Assembly (NCBI GenBank): GCA_002310415.1
Contig: DBYN01000006.1
Coordinates: forward strand, 154,565-218,564
Source: Alphaproteobacteria bacterium UBA1185
GTDB taxonomy: Bacteria; Pseudomonadota; Alphaproteobacteria; Rs-D84
Direction of reading: 5' to 3'
DNA length: 64,000 nt
Positions 10,010 through 18,743 of this stretch are shown in pieces. The notes below the pieces were generated by a model. It was not told where the DNA came from. It searched no databases and saw only the letters and a list, made by a program, of their open reading frames with translations. Both the position numbers and the translations under genes were made by a program. The stretch's first letter is position 1. Each line of letters opens with the position of its first letter.

Positions 10010-10483
10010 ATGAAACGCATTTTGGGTATAGATCCAGGACTTTTGCATACAGGTTGGGCAATCATAGATGTTATTGGGAATGGCCGCAAATATATTGCTA
10101 GTGGTGTTATTTTGCCACCAACAAAAATGGCTTTGGCTGAAAGATTAGCGTTTATATTTAACGGTGTGTCTGAATTGTGTGAGAATTTTCAACCAAATGA
10201 ATGTGGTATAGAAGTGATTTTTGTTAATAAAAATGGAAAAACTACTTTGTTGTTGGGGCATGCACGTGCAGCGGCAATTACTGCGGTGGCAGTTAAAAAT
10301 ATACCGGTGTTTGAATATGAGCCAAACAAAGTAAAAAAAGCATTAACTTCAATTGGACATGCAGACAAAGAACAAATTTATAAAATGTTATCTATTTTGT
10401 TGCCTGATGCACATCCAAAAACATCGGATGAAAGTGATGCTATTGCAATCGCATTAACGCATGCAAATACATCGCGATTTTAA
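10010..10483 (+). CDS. ruvC: Crossover junction endodeoxyribonuclease RuvC
   Basis: 157 aa. 'ILGIDPGLLHTGWAII' RNase H-like fold start, with catalytic D/E positions conserved. Confidence 0.9.
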   Translation: MKRILGIDPGLLHTGWAIIDVIGNGRKYIASGVILPPTKMALAERLAFIFNGVSELCENFQPNECGIEVIFVNKNGKTTLLLGHARAAAITAVAVKNIPVFEYEPNKVKKALTSIGHADKEQIYKMLSILLPDAHPKTSDESDAIAIALTHANTSRF

Positions 10484-10543
10484 GAATAAAAAATAATTCT
10501 TTTAATTTTTTATTTGTGGTATATTTTTACACAGGGTGTAAAG

Positions 10544-11755
10544 ATGAGTAGAGATAAATATCTTGCAATTAATAAAAATGTAACTGGGTTTTCTTTCGCC
10601 AATTTGGGACTGTTTACTGGCTTTGCTAGCAGTATAGTTAATGCTGTTTATTCTTTGGTTATTTTGGGTATCTTTAAAGAGTTTTTTAACGAAGAAACGG
10701 CATCAGCGGCGGTTGGTGTATATGCGGCGGTTTATGCGCTTTTTGCGGTTTTTGTTGGTTTCTTTTCAACAGAAATTTTACGTTGGTTTACAAAAACAAG
10801 ATTGCTTTATATAACAATGGTAACCTTGGGTTTATGTTATTGTATGATGAGTTTTTCTGTCAAGGCAGAAACATTCATTGTTTTGGATTATGTTGCCCAG
10901 ACTGCTTTGACTTTGATAAGCGTGTTATTGCCATTATTTATTTCAGATTTTTCTAAGAACATAGGAATGGAAAAATTAAATGCTAGATTGCATTTGTGGG
11001 AAAATGTTGGTGCCATAGTTGCGCCTGTATTTGCGATGACTGCGGTTACATGGTTTGATGGTAATTATCGTGCGCCGTTTTTGGCTGCGGGAATAATTTA
11101 TTTTTCTGGGTTGTTGTTTTTTAAACATTTTGGTATTGTCCAGCCCGATAAAAAATTAAAACATGTAAATATACACAAGACTATAAGGGCTTTGAAGATT
11201 ACCGCGATTTCCTTTTTCAAAAAAGCCGGGATGTTGCGTGCATACGTTGTGAATTTCGGTTTTTATGCTTTGCGTTCTATGCGATTGCTTTATGTGCCGA
11301 TTGTTGTCATAGAAAACGGTTTTTCAAATGAAACGCTGGGGGTTGTTTTGTCTGTGGGTATTTTACCTTACATAATAATAGAGATGTTTATTGGTAAATT
11401 GATGAAAAGATATGGGGTGCGTTTGTGGTTAACTTTGGGATTTGTGTCATTTTCGGTTTTTTCGTTGTTTGCGACTTTTGTTACTGGATATAGTTTGTTG
11501 GTTATTTTTATATTGTGGCAAATATCTGGCGCTTTGATGGAATCAGCACATGATTTATTATTTTTTAATGATATGTCAAAACAAGATCAGGCAAAATATT
11601 ATGGTGTTTTCAGAACAAGTGTGAATTTTCCAAGTGTTATAGCACCAATTTTGGGAACATTATGTATCACAGTTTTTGGTTCGACATCAGCCGTGTGGTT
11701 AATAACCGCTGTTGCGGGCATATTATCTACGATAGTTTTGTGGTCAAGACGTTAA
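10544..11755 (+). CDS. MFS-type transporter (12 predicted TM helices)
   Basis: Twelve hydrophobic segments and an MFS-like loop, 'GKLMKRYGVR'. Start chosen at MSRDKYL. Confidence 0.6.
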   Translation: MSRDKYLAINKNVTGFSFANLGLFTGFASSIVNAVYSLVILGIFKEFFNEETASAAVGVYAAVYALFAVFVGFFSTEILRWFTKTRLLYITMVTLGLCYCMMSFSVKAETFIVLDYVAQTALTLISVLLPLFISDFSKNIGMEKLNARLHLWENVGAIVAPVFAMTAVTWFDGNYRAPFLAAGIIYFSGLLFFKHFGIVQPDKKLKHVNIHKTIRALKITAISFFKKAGMLRAYVVNFGFYALRSMRLLYVPIVVIENGFSNETLGVVLSVGILPYIIIEMFIGKLMKRYGVRLWLTLGFVSFSVFSLFATFVTGYSLLVIFILWQISGALMESAHDLLFFNDMSKQDQAKYYGVFRTSVNFPSVIAPILGTLCITVFGSTSAVWLITAVAGILSTIVLWSRR

Positions 11756-11767
11756 TATAAATAGGTC

Positions 11768-11796
11768 TTGCATTAAGGGGTTTTTGTTTGTATTAT
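11768..11796 (+). promoter_or_regulatory. Candidate sigma-70 promoter for recA (TTGCAT-17 nt-TATTAT)
   Basis: -35 'ttgcat' at 11768-11773, a 17-nt spacer, -10 'tattat' at 11791-11796, then RBS 'aaaagg' and the ATG at 11822. No alpha-type LexA box (GTTC-N7-GTTC) seen. Confidence 0.35.
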
Positions 11797-11821
11797 TTCC
11801 CAAAAGAAAAGGGGTAATTAC

Positions 11822-12895
11822 ATGGCAAAAAAAGAAGTTGAAAAAGACACAATCGTAGTAAAAAATCCTGCGTTGGAATCTGCTTTGGCACAAATTCAAA
11901 AACAATTCGGCAAAGAAGCTATCATGAAAATGGGTGATGGTTCTCAGCAAAATATAGAAGCGATATCATCTGGTTCTTTGGGGTTGGATATTGCGTTGGG
12001 TGTCGGCGGTTATCCGCGTGGGCGTATTGTTGAGATATATGGACCTGAATCTTCTGGTAAAACCACGTTGGCTTTGCATGCTGTGGCAGAAGCGCAAAAA
12101 AAGGGTGGCACATGTGCATATATTGATGCTGAAAATGCTTTGGATCCATCTTATGCCAGAAAACTTGGTGTCGATGTTGCTAATTTGATTATTTCCCAGC
12201 CAGATTCTGGTGAACAAGCATTGGAGATTGCAGATACTTTAATAAAATCTGGTGCAGTTGATGTCGTGGTTGTTGATTCTGTGGCTGCGCTGGTGCCAAA
12301 GGCCGAATTAGAAGGTAATATTGGCGATACCTATATGGGAACAACTGCTAGGCTGATGAGTCAGTCGTTAAAGAAATTGGCGGGTAGTGTTTCGCGTAGT
12401 AATACTTTGTTGATTTTCATAAATCAGATTCGTATGAAAATTGGTGTAATGTTCGGTAGCCCTGAAACAACGTCTGGTGGGAATGCATTAAAGTTCTATG
12501 CTTCTGTTCGTTTAGATATTCGTAGAACTGGTGCGATAAAAGATAAAGAAAATATTATTGGTAATGAAACTCGGGTAAAGGTTGTTAAAAACAAAGTTGC
12601 ACCACCTTTTAGAACGGTAGATTTTAAAATTATGTACGGCGAAGGTATTTCCAGAATAAGCGAAATATTGGATATGGGTGTGAAATACAACTTTATTGAA
12701 AAGGCTGGCAGTTTTTATTCTTATAACAATGAACGTATCGGTCAAGGCGAAGCGAACGCGCGTCAATGGTTAAAAGATAACCCAGATGCACAAAAAGAAT
12801 TACTGGATAAGATTATGGCCAAGGCAAATGGCATTGCAGAAGAAATGACAACTGGTCCGGGTGATGATTCTGATGCTGATATTGAAGGCGAATAA
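11822..12895 (+). CDS. recA: Recombinase RecA
   Basis: 357 aa. Walker A 'GPESSGKTT', L1/L2 regions '[37 protein letters not shown]', acidic C-terminus. Confidence 0.95.
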   Translation: MAKKEVEKDTIVVKNPALESALAQIQKQFGKEAIMKMGDGSQQNIEAISSGSLGLDIALGVGGYPRGRIVEIYGPESSGKTTLALHAVAEAQKKGGTCAYIDAENALDPSYARKLGVDVANLIISQPDSGEQALEIADTLIKSGAVDVVVVDSVAALVPKAELEGNIGDTYMGTTARLMSQSLKKLAGSVSRSNTLLIFINQIRMKIGVMFGSPETTSGGNALKFYASVRLDIRRTGAIKDKENIIGNETRVKVVKNKVAPPFRTVDFKIMYGEGISRISEILDMGVKYNFIEKAGSFYSYNNERIGQGEANARQWLKDNPDAQKELLDKIMAKANGIAEEMTTGPGDDSDADIEGE

Positions 12896-12951
12896 TAAGT
12901 GTTTTGGGCGATGCGAAAGTGTCGCCTGAATTTTGAAAATAAGGAGCAAGT

Positions 12952-13851
12952 ATGAATATAGCCAGATTTTTTGCGATGAGTGAAGTTGTATTACGTGGGC
13001 ATATTTTAAATTGGTTTTGGCGTAGTCGTGAACATCGGCGCATTGTTCGCAGTAACGTTATTTCGAATGTGATACCAAAATATTTTAAACGATATTTGCC
13101 TGCGGCTGCTGCTGTCAAAGAACGCAAAGTTATAAACGATGACAAAGGCGAAAAAATATTTACAATGTGGTTACAAGGGGAAGATAAAGCACCTGCGATG
13201 GTAAAGGCTTGTTTTAAAAGTATAAGAAAACATTGTAAACAGGAATTGGTTGTATTGGATGAAAATACAATTTTTGATTATATTACTTTGCCACAAGAAA
13301 TTATAGAAAAACGTAAACAGGGTAAAATCAAGCATGCACATTTTGCTGATATTTGTCGTGTTGAATTATTGTACGAACATGGTGGTATCTGGTTGGATTC
13401 AACTGATTTTGTTACTTCGCCAATTCCAAAGTGGATAATTGATGAAGATTTTTTTGTGTATATGGCTGGAAAAAACGTTGGCAGTCCATACAGTTTTATG
13501 CAAAATTGTTTTATTCGTGCGCGCAAAGGTGCTTATTTGCTAGATGCGTGGCGCGCGATGATTTTGGATTATTGGATGCACGAAAATCACAGTTTTGATT
13601 ATTTTATGCATCAATTGTTGTTTAAAACTTTGGTTATGAATGATGAACGTGCAAAAAAATATTTTGCAAAAATGCCGCATGTTGACCAAGATCCAACACA
13701 TGCTTTGTGGTGGACTTATCGAAATAGGCCGTTTGATAAAAAAACTTTTGACGATGTTACGTCTGGGGCTTTTTTTCAAAAGGTAACATATCGTGGTACT
13801 GAAAATCCAATTCCTGGTTCTTTTGAAGATGTTATGATAAATAAAATGTAG
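12952..13851 (+). CDS. Glycosyltransferase, DXD sugar-binding family (Gly_transf_sug / capsule-synthesis-like)
   Basis: 'HFADICRVELLYEHGGIWLDSTDFV' matches the conserved 'RLELLYKYGGIYLDTDV' block of the TcdA/Och1-type GT-A family. Confidence 0.6.
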   Translation: MNIARFFAMSEVVLRGHILNWFWRSREHRRIVRSNVISNVIPKYFKRYLPAAAAVKERKVINDDKGEKIFTMWLQGEDKAPAMVKACFKSIRKHCKQELVVLDENTIFDYITLPQEIIEKRKQGKIKHAHFADICRVELLYEHGGIWLDSTDFVTSPIPKWIIDEDFFVYMAGKNVGSPYSFMQNCFIRARKGAYLLDAWRAMILDYWMHENHSFDYFMHQLLFKTLVMNDERAKKYFAKMPHVDQDPTHALWWTYRNRPFDKKTFDDVTSGAFFQKVTYRGTENPIPGSFEDVMINKM

Positions 13852-13859
13852 GAGATTTT

Positions 13860-14882
13860 ATGCAGCCCAAAATATCAATTATTATACCGATGTATAATGT
13901 AGAAAAGTATCTGCGAAGATGTCTGGATTCTGTAAAAAATCAAACTTTTTCTGATTGGGTTGCAATTTGTGTCGACGATGGTTCGCTTGATAATTGTGGT
14001 AAAATCGCAGAAGAATATGCAAAAACAGATAAACGTTTTATTGTTATTCACAAAAAAAATGGTGGGTTGTCCGATGCCAGAAATGCGGGTATGCCGTATG
14101 CAAATGGTAAATATATAATGTTTTTAGATAGTGATGATTTTATTCATCCACAAACAATGGAAATTGCGTATAATTTGGCAGAAAAAAATAAATCAGATAT
14201 TGTTTCTTTTACTTATGACAGATTTTATCGCCCACAATTGATGGTGCGACATGTGTTGCATTTGGATACTGATAATGTCGTACCGTTTGGTGTAAAAAAG
14301 AGATATGATATTGAAAAAATACAAACACGTACAACAAATGATATTTTTGAATATGCAACAGAACGGACTCATAACAAAACAAATCCAAATCGAAAATGGT
14401 TAATTAAACATTGTCAGGTTTGGAAAAATTTATATAAAAAATCTTTAATCAAAGATATTCCTTTTATCAAGGGGATTTTGTTTGAAGATTTTCCATGGTG
14501 GTCTGCTGTTATGCTGAAACGTCCGCGTACAACAGTTGTTCCTTTACCATTATATTATTATATACCGAATTTTGGTGGTATTGTATTAAGTGAAAAGCAA
14601 TTAAGAATTATGCACAGTTTATGTGTGGGTATAAAAACTGCTTACAAATTATATAAACAAAAAGCAGATAAGATTCAAATGAAAAAATGGCAATCTTTAT
14701 TTATGTGGTTTTTTGTAAATTGGGCTTTTCGCAAATTAAAATATTTGAAAAATGATACAGAAATACAATCTGCGCGTGATGAGTTTATTGAAATGAACAA
14801 GATTGGTGTATTTAATGATGTTCCAGATGAATGGTATGATTTGCGTGAAAAAATATACAAATTTATCGGTGATTATAAATGA
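13860..14882 (+). CDS. Glycosyltransferase family 2 (paralog A)
   Basis: 'ISIIIPMYNVEKYLRRCLDSV..Q...DWVAICVDDGSLD' and the 'LDSDD' DXD motif. Contains an A8 tract at 14052-14059. Confidence 0.8.
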   Translation: MQPKISIIIPMYNVEKYLRRCLDSVKNQTFSDWVAICVDDGSLDNCGKIAEEYAKTDKRFIVIHKKNGGLSDARNAGMPYANGKYIMFLDSDDFIHPQTMEIAYNLAEKNKSDIVSFTYDRFYRPQLMVRHVLHLDTDNVVPFGVKKRYDIEKIQTRTTNDIFEYATERTHNKTNPNRKWLIKHCQVWKNLYKKSLIKDIPFIKGILFEDFPWWSAVMLKRPRTTVVPLPLYYYIPNFGGIVLSEKQLRIMHSLCVGIKTAYKLYKQKADKIQMKKWQSLFMWFFVNWAFRKLKYLKNDTEIQSARDEFIEMNKIGVFNDVPDEWYDLREKIYKFIGDYK

Positions 14883-15886
14883 AAATACATAGACCAAAAA
14901 TATCAATAATAATACCGGTGTATAATACAGAAAAGTATTTATCCAGATGTTTGGATAGTTTATTGAATCAGACTTTTCAAGATTGGTGTGCTATTTGTAT
15001 TGATGATGGTTCGACAGATAACAGCGCAAAGATTTTGGATAAATATACAAAAAATGATAATCGTTTTATTGTTATACATAAAAAAAATGCAGGTGTTTCA
15101 TCCGCGCGTAATGATGGTGTAACGAAGGCAAATTCTGAATATGTTATGTTTTTGGATTCTGATGACTGTATTCATCCACAAACATTAGAAATAGCGTATA
15201 ATACCGCGGTAAAAAATAATGTTGATATTGTTTCTTTTAAATATGATGCCAATTTATATAAAGATGCGTTAAATAGTGCAAATGTTGATGATTTGTTAAA
15301 AACACGCATAGTAATACGGTATGATTTGCAAAAAATACGATATAAACAAACAGATAGTCTAATAAAATTTGCGACAGAAAGAAATCATTCTTTTGGTCGA
15401 TATAAAATACGGCACTGTTATCCTGTGGTGCATTTATATAAATTGGATTTGATTAAAGGTATTAAATTTAATACAAAAATAAAGGTTACAGAAGATTTTC
15501 CATTTTGGACATCTGTATTGTTGCGTAATCCGAAAAGCATTATTTTGAATATCCCTTTATATTTTTATATTCCAAATAAAACGTCTGCTTTGGGGGCTAC
15601 AAATATCGAAAAGTTTTTTGATAATGTTTCGTTATCTATAATCGAATCGTTCAAAACCGTTTTAAAAAATGAACCGCAAAGTATGTGGGTTAAAATCTGG
15701 AAACGTGAATTTTTATGGCCGTTTATAATAACTTGTGTTCGTTCTGTACGCGCTATACAGGACAAACAGCGGGTTATAGAACGTTTAATAAAAATGAAAG
15801 AAATGAATATATTTGATAATCCGCCAACATTTCGTGCACGAAAGTATAAACATAGAATCGAAAAGATTATATCCCCGATTTCTTAA
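14879..15886 (+). CDS. Glycosyltransferase family 2 (paralog B, tandem duplicate)
   Basis: Same architecture, 'ISIIIPVYNTEKYLSRCLDSL...DDGSTDNS...LDSDD'. ATGA overlap with the upstream gene. Contains an A8 tract at 15080-15087. Confidence 0.8.
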   Translation: MKIHRPKISIIIPVYNTEKYLSRCLDSLLNQTFQDWCAICIDDGSTDNSAKILDKYTKNDNRFIVIHKKNAGVSSARNDGVTKANSEYVMFLDSDDCIHPQTLEIAYNTAVKNNVDIVSFKYDANLYKDALNSANVDDLLKTRIVIRYDLQKIRYKQTDSLIKFATERNHSFGRYKIRHCYPVVHLYKLDLIKGIKFNTKIKVTEDFPFWTSVLLRNPKSIILNIPLYFYIPNKTSALGATNIEKFFDNVSLSIIESFKTVLKNEPQSMWVKIWKREFLWPFIITCVRSVRAIQDKQRVIERLIKMKEMNIFDNPPTFRARKYKHRIEKIISPIS

Positions 15887-16709
15887 ATCTTGTTGGAAGT
15901 TTAATAGTTCGTTTTATGCCGAACATGGCTGGTTTTCGTAGTGCATAAATTGGACGGCAATACGTTTGTAAAATACGTGCAATATGTATCCATTTTTCAT
16001 TTGAAGGTTTTGTATTTGTAACCGCATTTATTGTTCCGTTTCCGCGTCTTTGTAAATGGTTTAACCAATCTTTACCGCGTTTTTTCGCTTTGTTTTCTAA
16101 CATTTTCATATCAATTGCGCCAAAGTGTAAAAGATATAAATTTTTATCCAGGTGGAAATTATGGCGTTTTATACTGTGAAATCCGCTGCCCCAAAACACA
16201 GGTTTATTTATAACAACTGGTTTGGTATAACGCGTGGAAAGCAGGGCATATTCGCGTTGTTGTAATAAGGGTGCTTTTATATCCAACTGTTTTTCATAAT
16301 TCAAATGTTGACCGATATCCAAGCCTAATCCAGATAATGTAGTGTTTATATATTTTTCAGATAAATATTCGGATAATGTTTTGTGTGTATTTGGGTCAAC
16401 AATTAAAAATTCATCGCTGTCACAACCAATAACAATATCATAAGTTTTTAATAATATATGTGCCAATTCAGAAAGTTTATTTATTCTGTATTTATCGCCA
16501 GACGAACGGGACATTGGTACGTATGGCAATTTTGTTATATGTGCTTTGCCGGCATTTTCCGGTATTTTTTGGTCAAATCCATCTAGTAATATATACAGAT
16601 TTTCTGTGCCAAAATTTTTTCCATAATAAGCAATCCAGCGCGACAAGAAAAATTCATCATCACGTGCCATTGTTATTGCTGCTATGCGTTTTTGTTTTTT
16701 CATAGACAT
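15867..16709 (-). CDS. Putative GT-A fold glycosyltransferase (unclassified family), opposite strand within GT island
   Basis: 280 aa. 'IVIGCDSDEFLIV' DXD-like acidic motif after a predicted beta strand. No other family-defining motif recognised. Confidence 0.35.
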   Translation of the reverse strand: MSMKKQKRIAAITMARDDEFFLSRWIAYYGKNFGTENLYILLDGFDQKIPENAGKAHITKLPYVPMSRSSGDKYRINKLSELAHILLKTYDIVIGCDSDEFLIVDPNTHKTLSEYLSEKYINTTLSGLGLDIGQHLNYEKQLDIKAPLLQQREYALLSTRYTKPVVINKPVFWGSGFHSIKRHNFHLDKNLYLLHFGAIDMKMLENKAKKRGKDWLNHLQRRGNGTINAVTNTKPSNEKWIHIARILQTYCRPIYALRKPAMFGIKRTIKLPTRFKKSGI

Positions 16710-16780
16710 ATATTCCTTGGTTGTCTATAATACGAGTACATTATATATATAATTGAATGTTTTTGCAATAAGGGAAAAAT

Positions 16781-17662
16781 ATGAAAAAACCAAAAGTTGC
16801 GATTTTGTATATTGCTTTGGGCAGATACATTTGTTTTTGGAAAGATTTTTACGAATCATGTGAAAAGCATTTGTTAAATTGTGATAAACATTATTTTATT
16901 TGGACGGATAATAAATCTTTTGATTATTACGATGCTAAAAATGTTACTGTTTCTGGTGCCCAAAAAATGGGCTGGCCTTTTGATACTGTTTTACGATTTG
17001 AAATGTTTTTACAACGACAAAAGGAATTGCAAAAATACGATTATGTTTATTTCTTTAATGCAAATATGTTGTTTGTAAACGATGTTGATTTGGCTGAAAT
17101 TACACCACAATCATGGCACGAATCTGGTATAGTTGCTGGTGTTCATCCGTTTTTTTATAAATCTGATAATCCAGATATATTACCGTATGAAAGACGTTGC
17201 CAATCTACCGCGGCGGTGCCGTATGGTATAGGCAAATATTATGTATGCGGTGCATTTAATGGTGGATGTGTGGATGCTTTTTTTAAAATGTGTAAAGTTT
17301 TATCAAAAAATGTCCAAACTGATTTAAATAATGGTATAGAAGCCATTGTTGATGACGAATCGCATTTAAATGCGTATTTGGTTGACAAGACTTTTTTACT
17401 TGCGGGTCGCGCATACGGTTTTCCCGAAGGACATTTAAGACACATTCGTCAAAAAGAACGTGATTTAATTAAAATCATATCAAGACACAAAGAAAACCCA
17501 AAGTATGGTGGTGTTCGTTGGTTGCGTGGTCAAACAGATAGAAAAACACCAAATAATATATTTACGCCACTTTTGATAAAAATGTGTAGGTTTATTTCTG
17601 TGTTTATAATGAATCCACAAAAACGCAGAAAGGTAAAAAAATATTTTGGTTCGTATTCGTAA
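16781..17662 (+). CDS. Glycosyltransferase family 6 (alpha-1,3-Gal/GalNAc transferase, ABO blood-group transferase-like)
   Basis: 'HYFIWTD' (compare GT6 'VHYYVFTD'). 'HPFFYKSDNPDILPYERRCQSTAAVPYGIGKYYVCGAFNGG' matches '[40 protein letters not shown]'. 'NGIEAIVDDESHLNAYLV' matches 'NGIEAVWHDESHLNKYLL'. Confidence 0.8.
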   Translation: MKKPKVAILYIALGRYICFWKDFYESCEKHLLNCDKHYFIWTDNKSFDYYDAKNVTVSGAQKMGWPFDTVLRFEMFLQRQKELQKYDYVYFFNANMLFVNDVDLAEITPQSWHESGIVAGVHPFFYKSDNPDILPYERRCQSTAAVPYGIGKYYVCGAFNGGCVDAFFKMCKVLSKNVQTDLNNGIEAIVDDESHLNAYLVDKTFLLAGRAYGFPEGHLRHIRQKERDLIKIISRHKENPKYGGVRWLRGQTDRKTPNNIFTPLLIKMCRFISVFIMNPQKRRKVKKYFGSYS

Positions 17663-17677
17663 AAAAGGGGGAATATC

Positions 17678-18661
17678 GTGATTGAGAAAATAAATATAGC
17701 ATTTTGTTTTGATGAAAACATGTATATGTTGGCGGGTGTTGCTATTGCATCTTTGTTATATCATGCTATGAATAATTGTGCGTATGATATATATTGTATT
17801 GTTCCAGAAGCATTTGCAAAGTCGAAGCGTGATGAATTAGTTGCGATGGTTGAGAGTAAAGATAAAAATTCAAAAATTATATTTTTAAATGCAAATCGCG
17901 ATTTTGATAATTCTGTGGTAAAACAGTATACGCCAGGTATTTTTTATAGATTTATGTTACTGAAATTATTGCCAAAAAATATAGATAAAATAATTTATTG
18001 CGATGTAGATGTAACATTTCATGATAATTTAATAGATTTGTATAATATAGATATGAAGGATAATTTGATTGCTGGCGTCGCAGATGCTGATCAATTATGT
18101 CGTGCATACCCAAACAATGGATCGTATATTAATAGTGGTATATTGTTGATGAATGTTAGTAAACTAAGATTAATAAACGCTTATGATGAGTGGCTAAAAT
18201 TATCTAAGCAAGATATTTTTGCTTATCCGGATCAGGATATATTAAACAAAACATGTGACGGTAAAATTTTGTATTTACCTATGAGGTATAATTATATGCC
18301 TGGCGCTGGCGGGCGGTTTGAAAAACCTGTGGCTGATGGAATTTACACAATGTCAGATTATCAAGATGCCGTTCGAAATCCTGCGATAATTCATTATATT
18401 TTACGGCAGCCATGGAAAAATCGTGAAAATTTAGTCGGAGATTTATGGTGGAAATATGCTTATATGACACCGTTTTATGCATATTTCAGGTCAAAGATAG
18501 AACATCAACCAGCTTTAATAAAAAAAGATGTTTATCTGTTTAATTTGATTAAAATCATGACAATAAAAATACGTCAAACAAAACACAAATATTACTTGTT
18601 TGGTTTTTTACCTTTATTTCTGATTAAAATACCAGACAGATTTGATAGAAGACAAGTATAA
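17678..18661 (+). CDS. Glycosyltransferase family 8 (LPS alpha-1,2/1,3-glucosyl/galactosyltransferase RfaJ/RfaI-like)
   Basis: GTG start with an 'aagggggaa' RBS. 'INIAFCFDENMYMLAGVAIASL', 'YCDVDV' DXD, 'NSGILLMNV' and C-terminal 'IIHYILRQPWK' match GT8 family motifs. Confidence 0.75.
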   Translation: MIEKINIAFCFDENMYMLAGVAIASLLYHAMNNCAYDIYCIVPEAFAKSKRDELVAMVESKDKNSKIIFLNANRDFDNSVVKQYTPGIFYRFMLLKLLPKNIDKIIYCDVDVTFHDNLIDLYNIDMKDNLIAGVADADQLCRAYPNNGSYINSGILLMNVSKLRLINAYDEWLKLSKQDIFAYPDQDILNKTCDGKILYLPMRYNYMPGAGGRFEKPVADGIYTMSDYQDAVRNPAIIHYILRQPWKNRENLVGDLWWKYAYMTPFYAYFRSKIEHQPALIKKDVYLFNLIKIMTIKIRQTKHKYYLFGFLPLFLIKIPDRFDRRQV

Positions 18662-18695
18662 TTGTATGTGATAAAAGAAATTTATTATATAATAT

Positions 18696-18719
18696 AAAAA
18701 CCGCTATACAGCGGTTTTT
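18696..18719. terminator. Bidirectional terminator hairpin (aaaaccgctatacagcggttttt)
   Basis: Lies between convergent GT8 and typA. Member of a repeated hairpin family (see 48699 and 52744). Confidence 0.6.
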
Positions 18720-18743
18720 AAGTGTTTTATCGTTTTTATATCT

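Noticed and set aside
11756-11821. Possible LexA/SOS box upstream of recA
   Set aside because: No GTTC-N7-GTTC (alpha-type) or CTGT-N8-ACAG motif is present. Only a sigma-70-like promoter is called.
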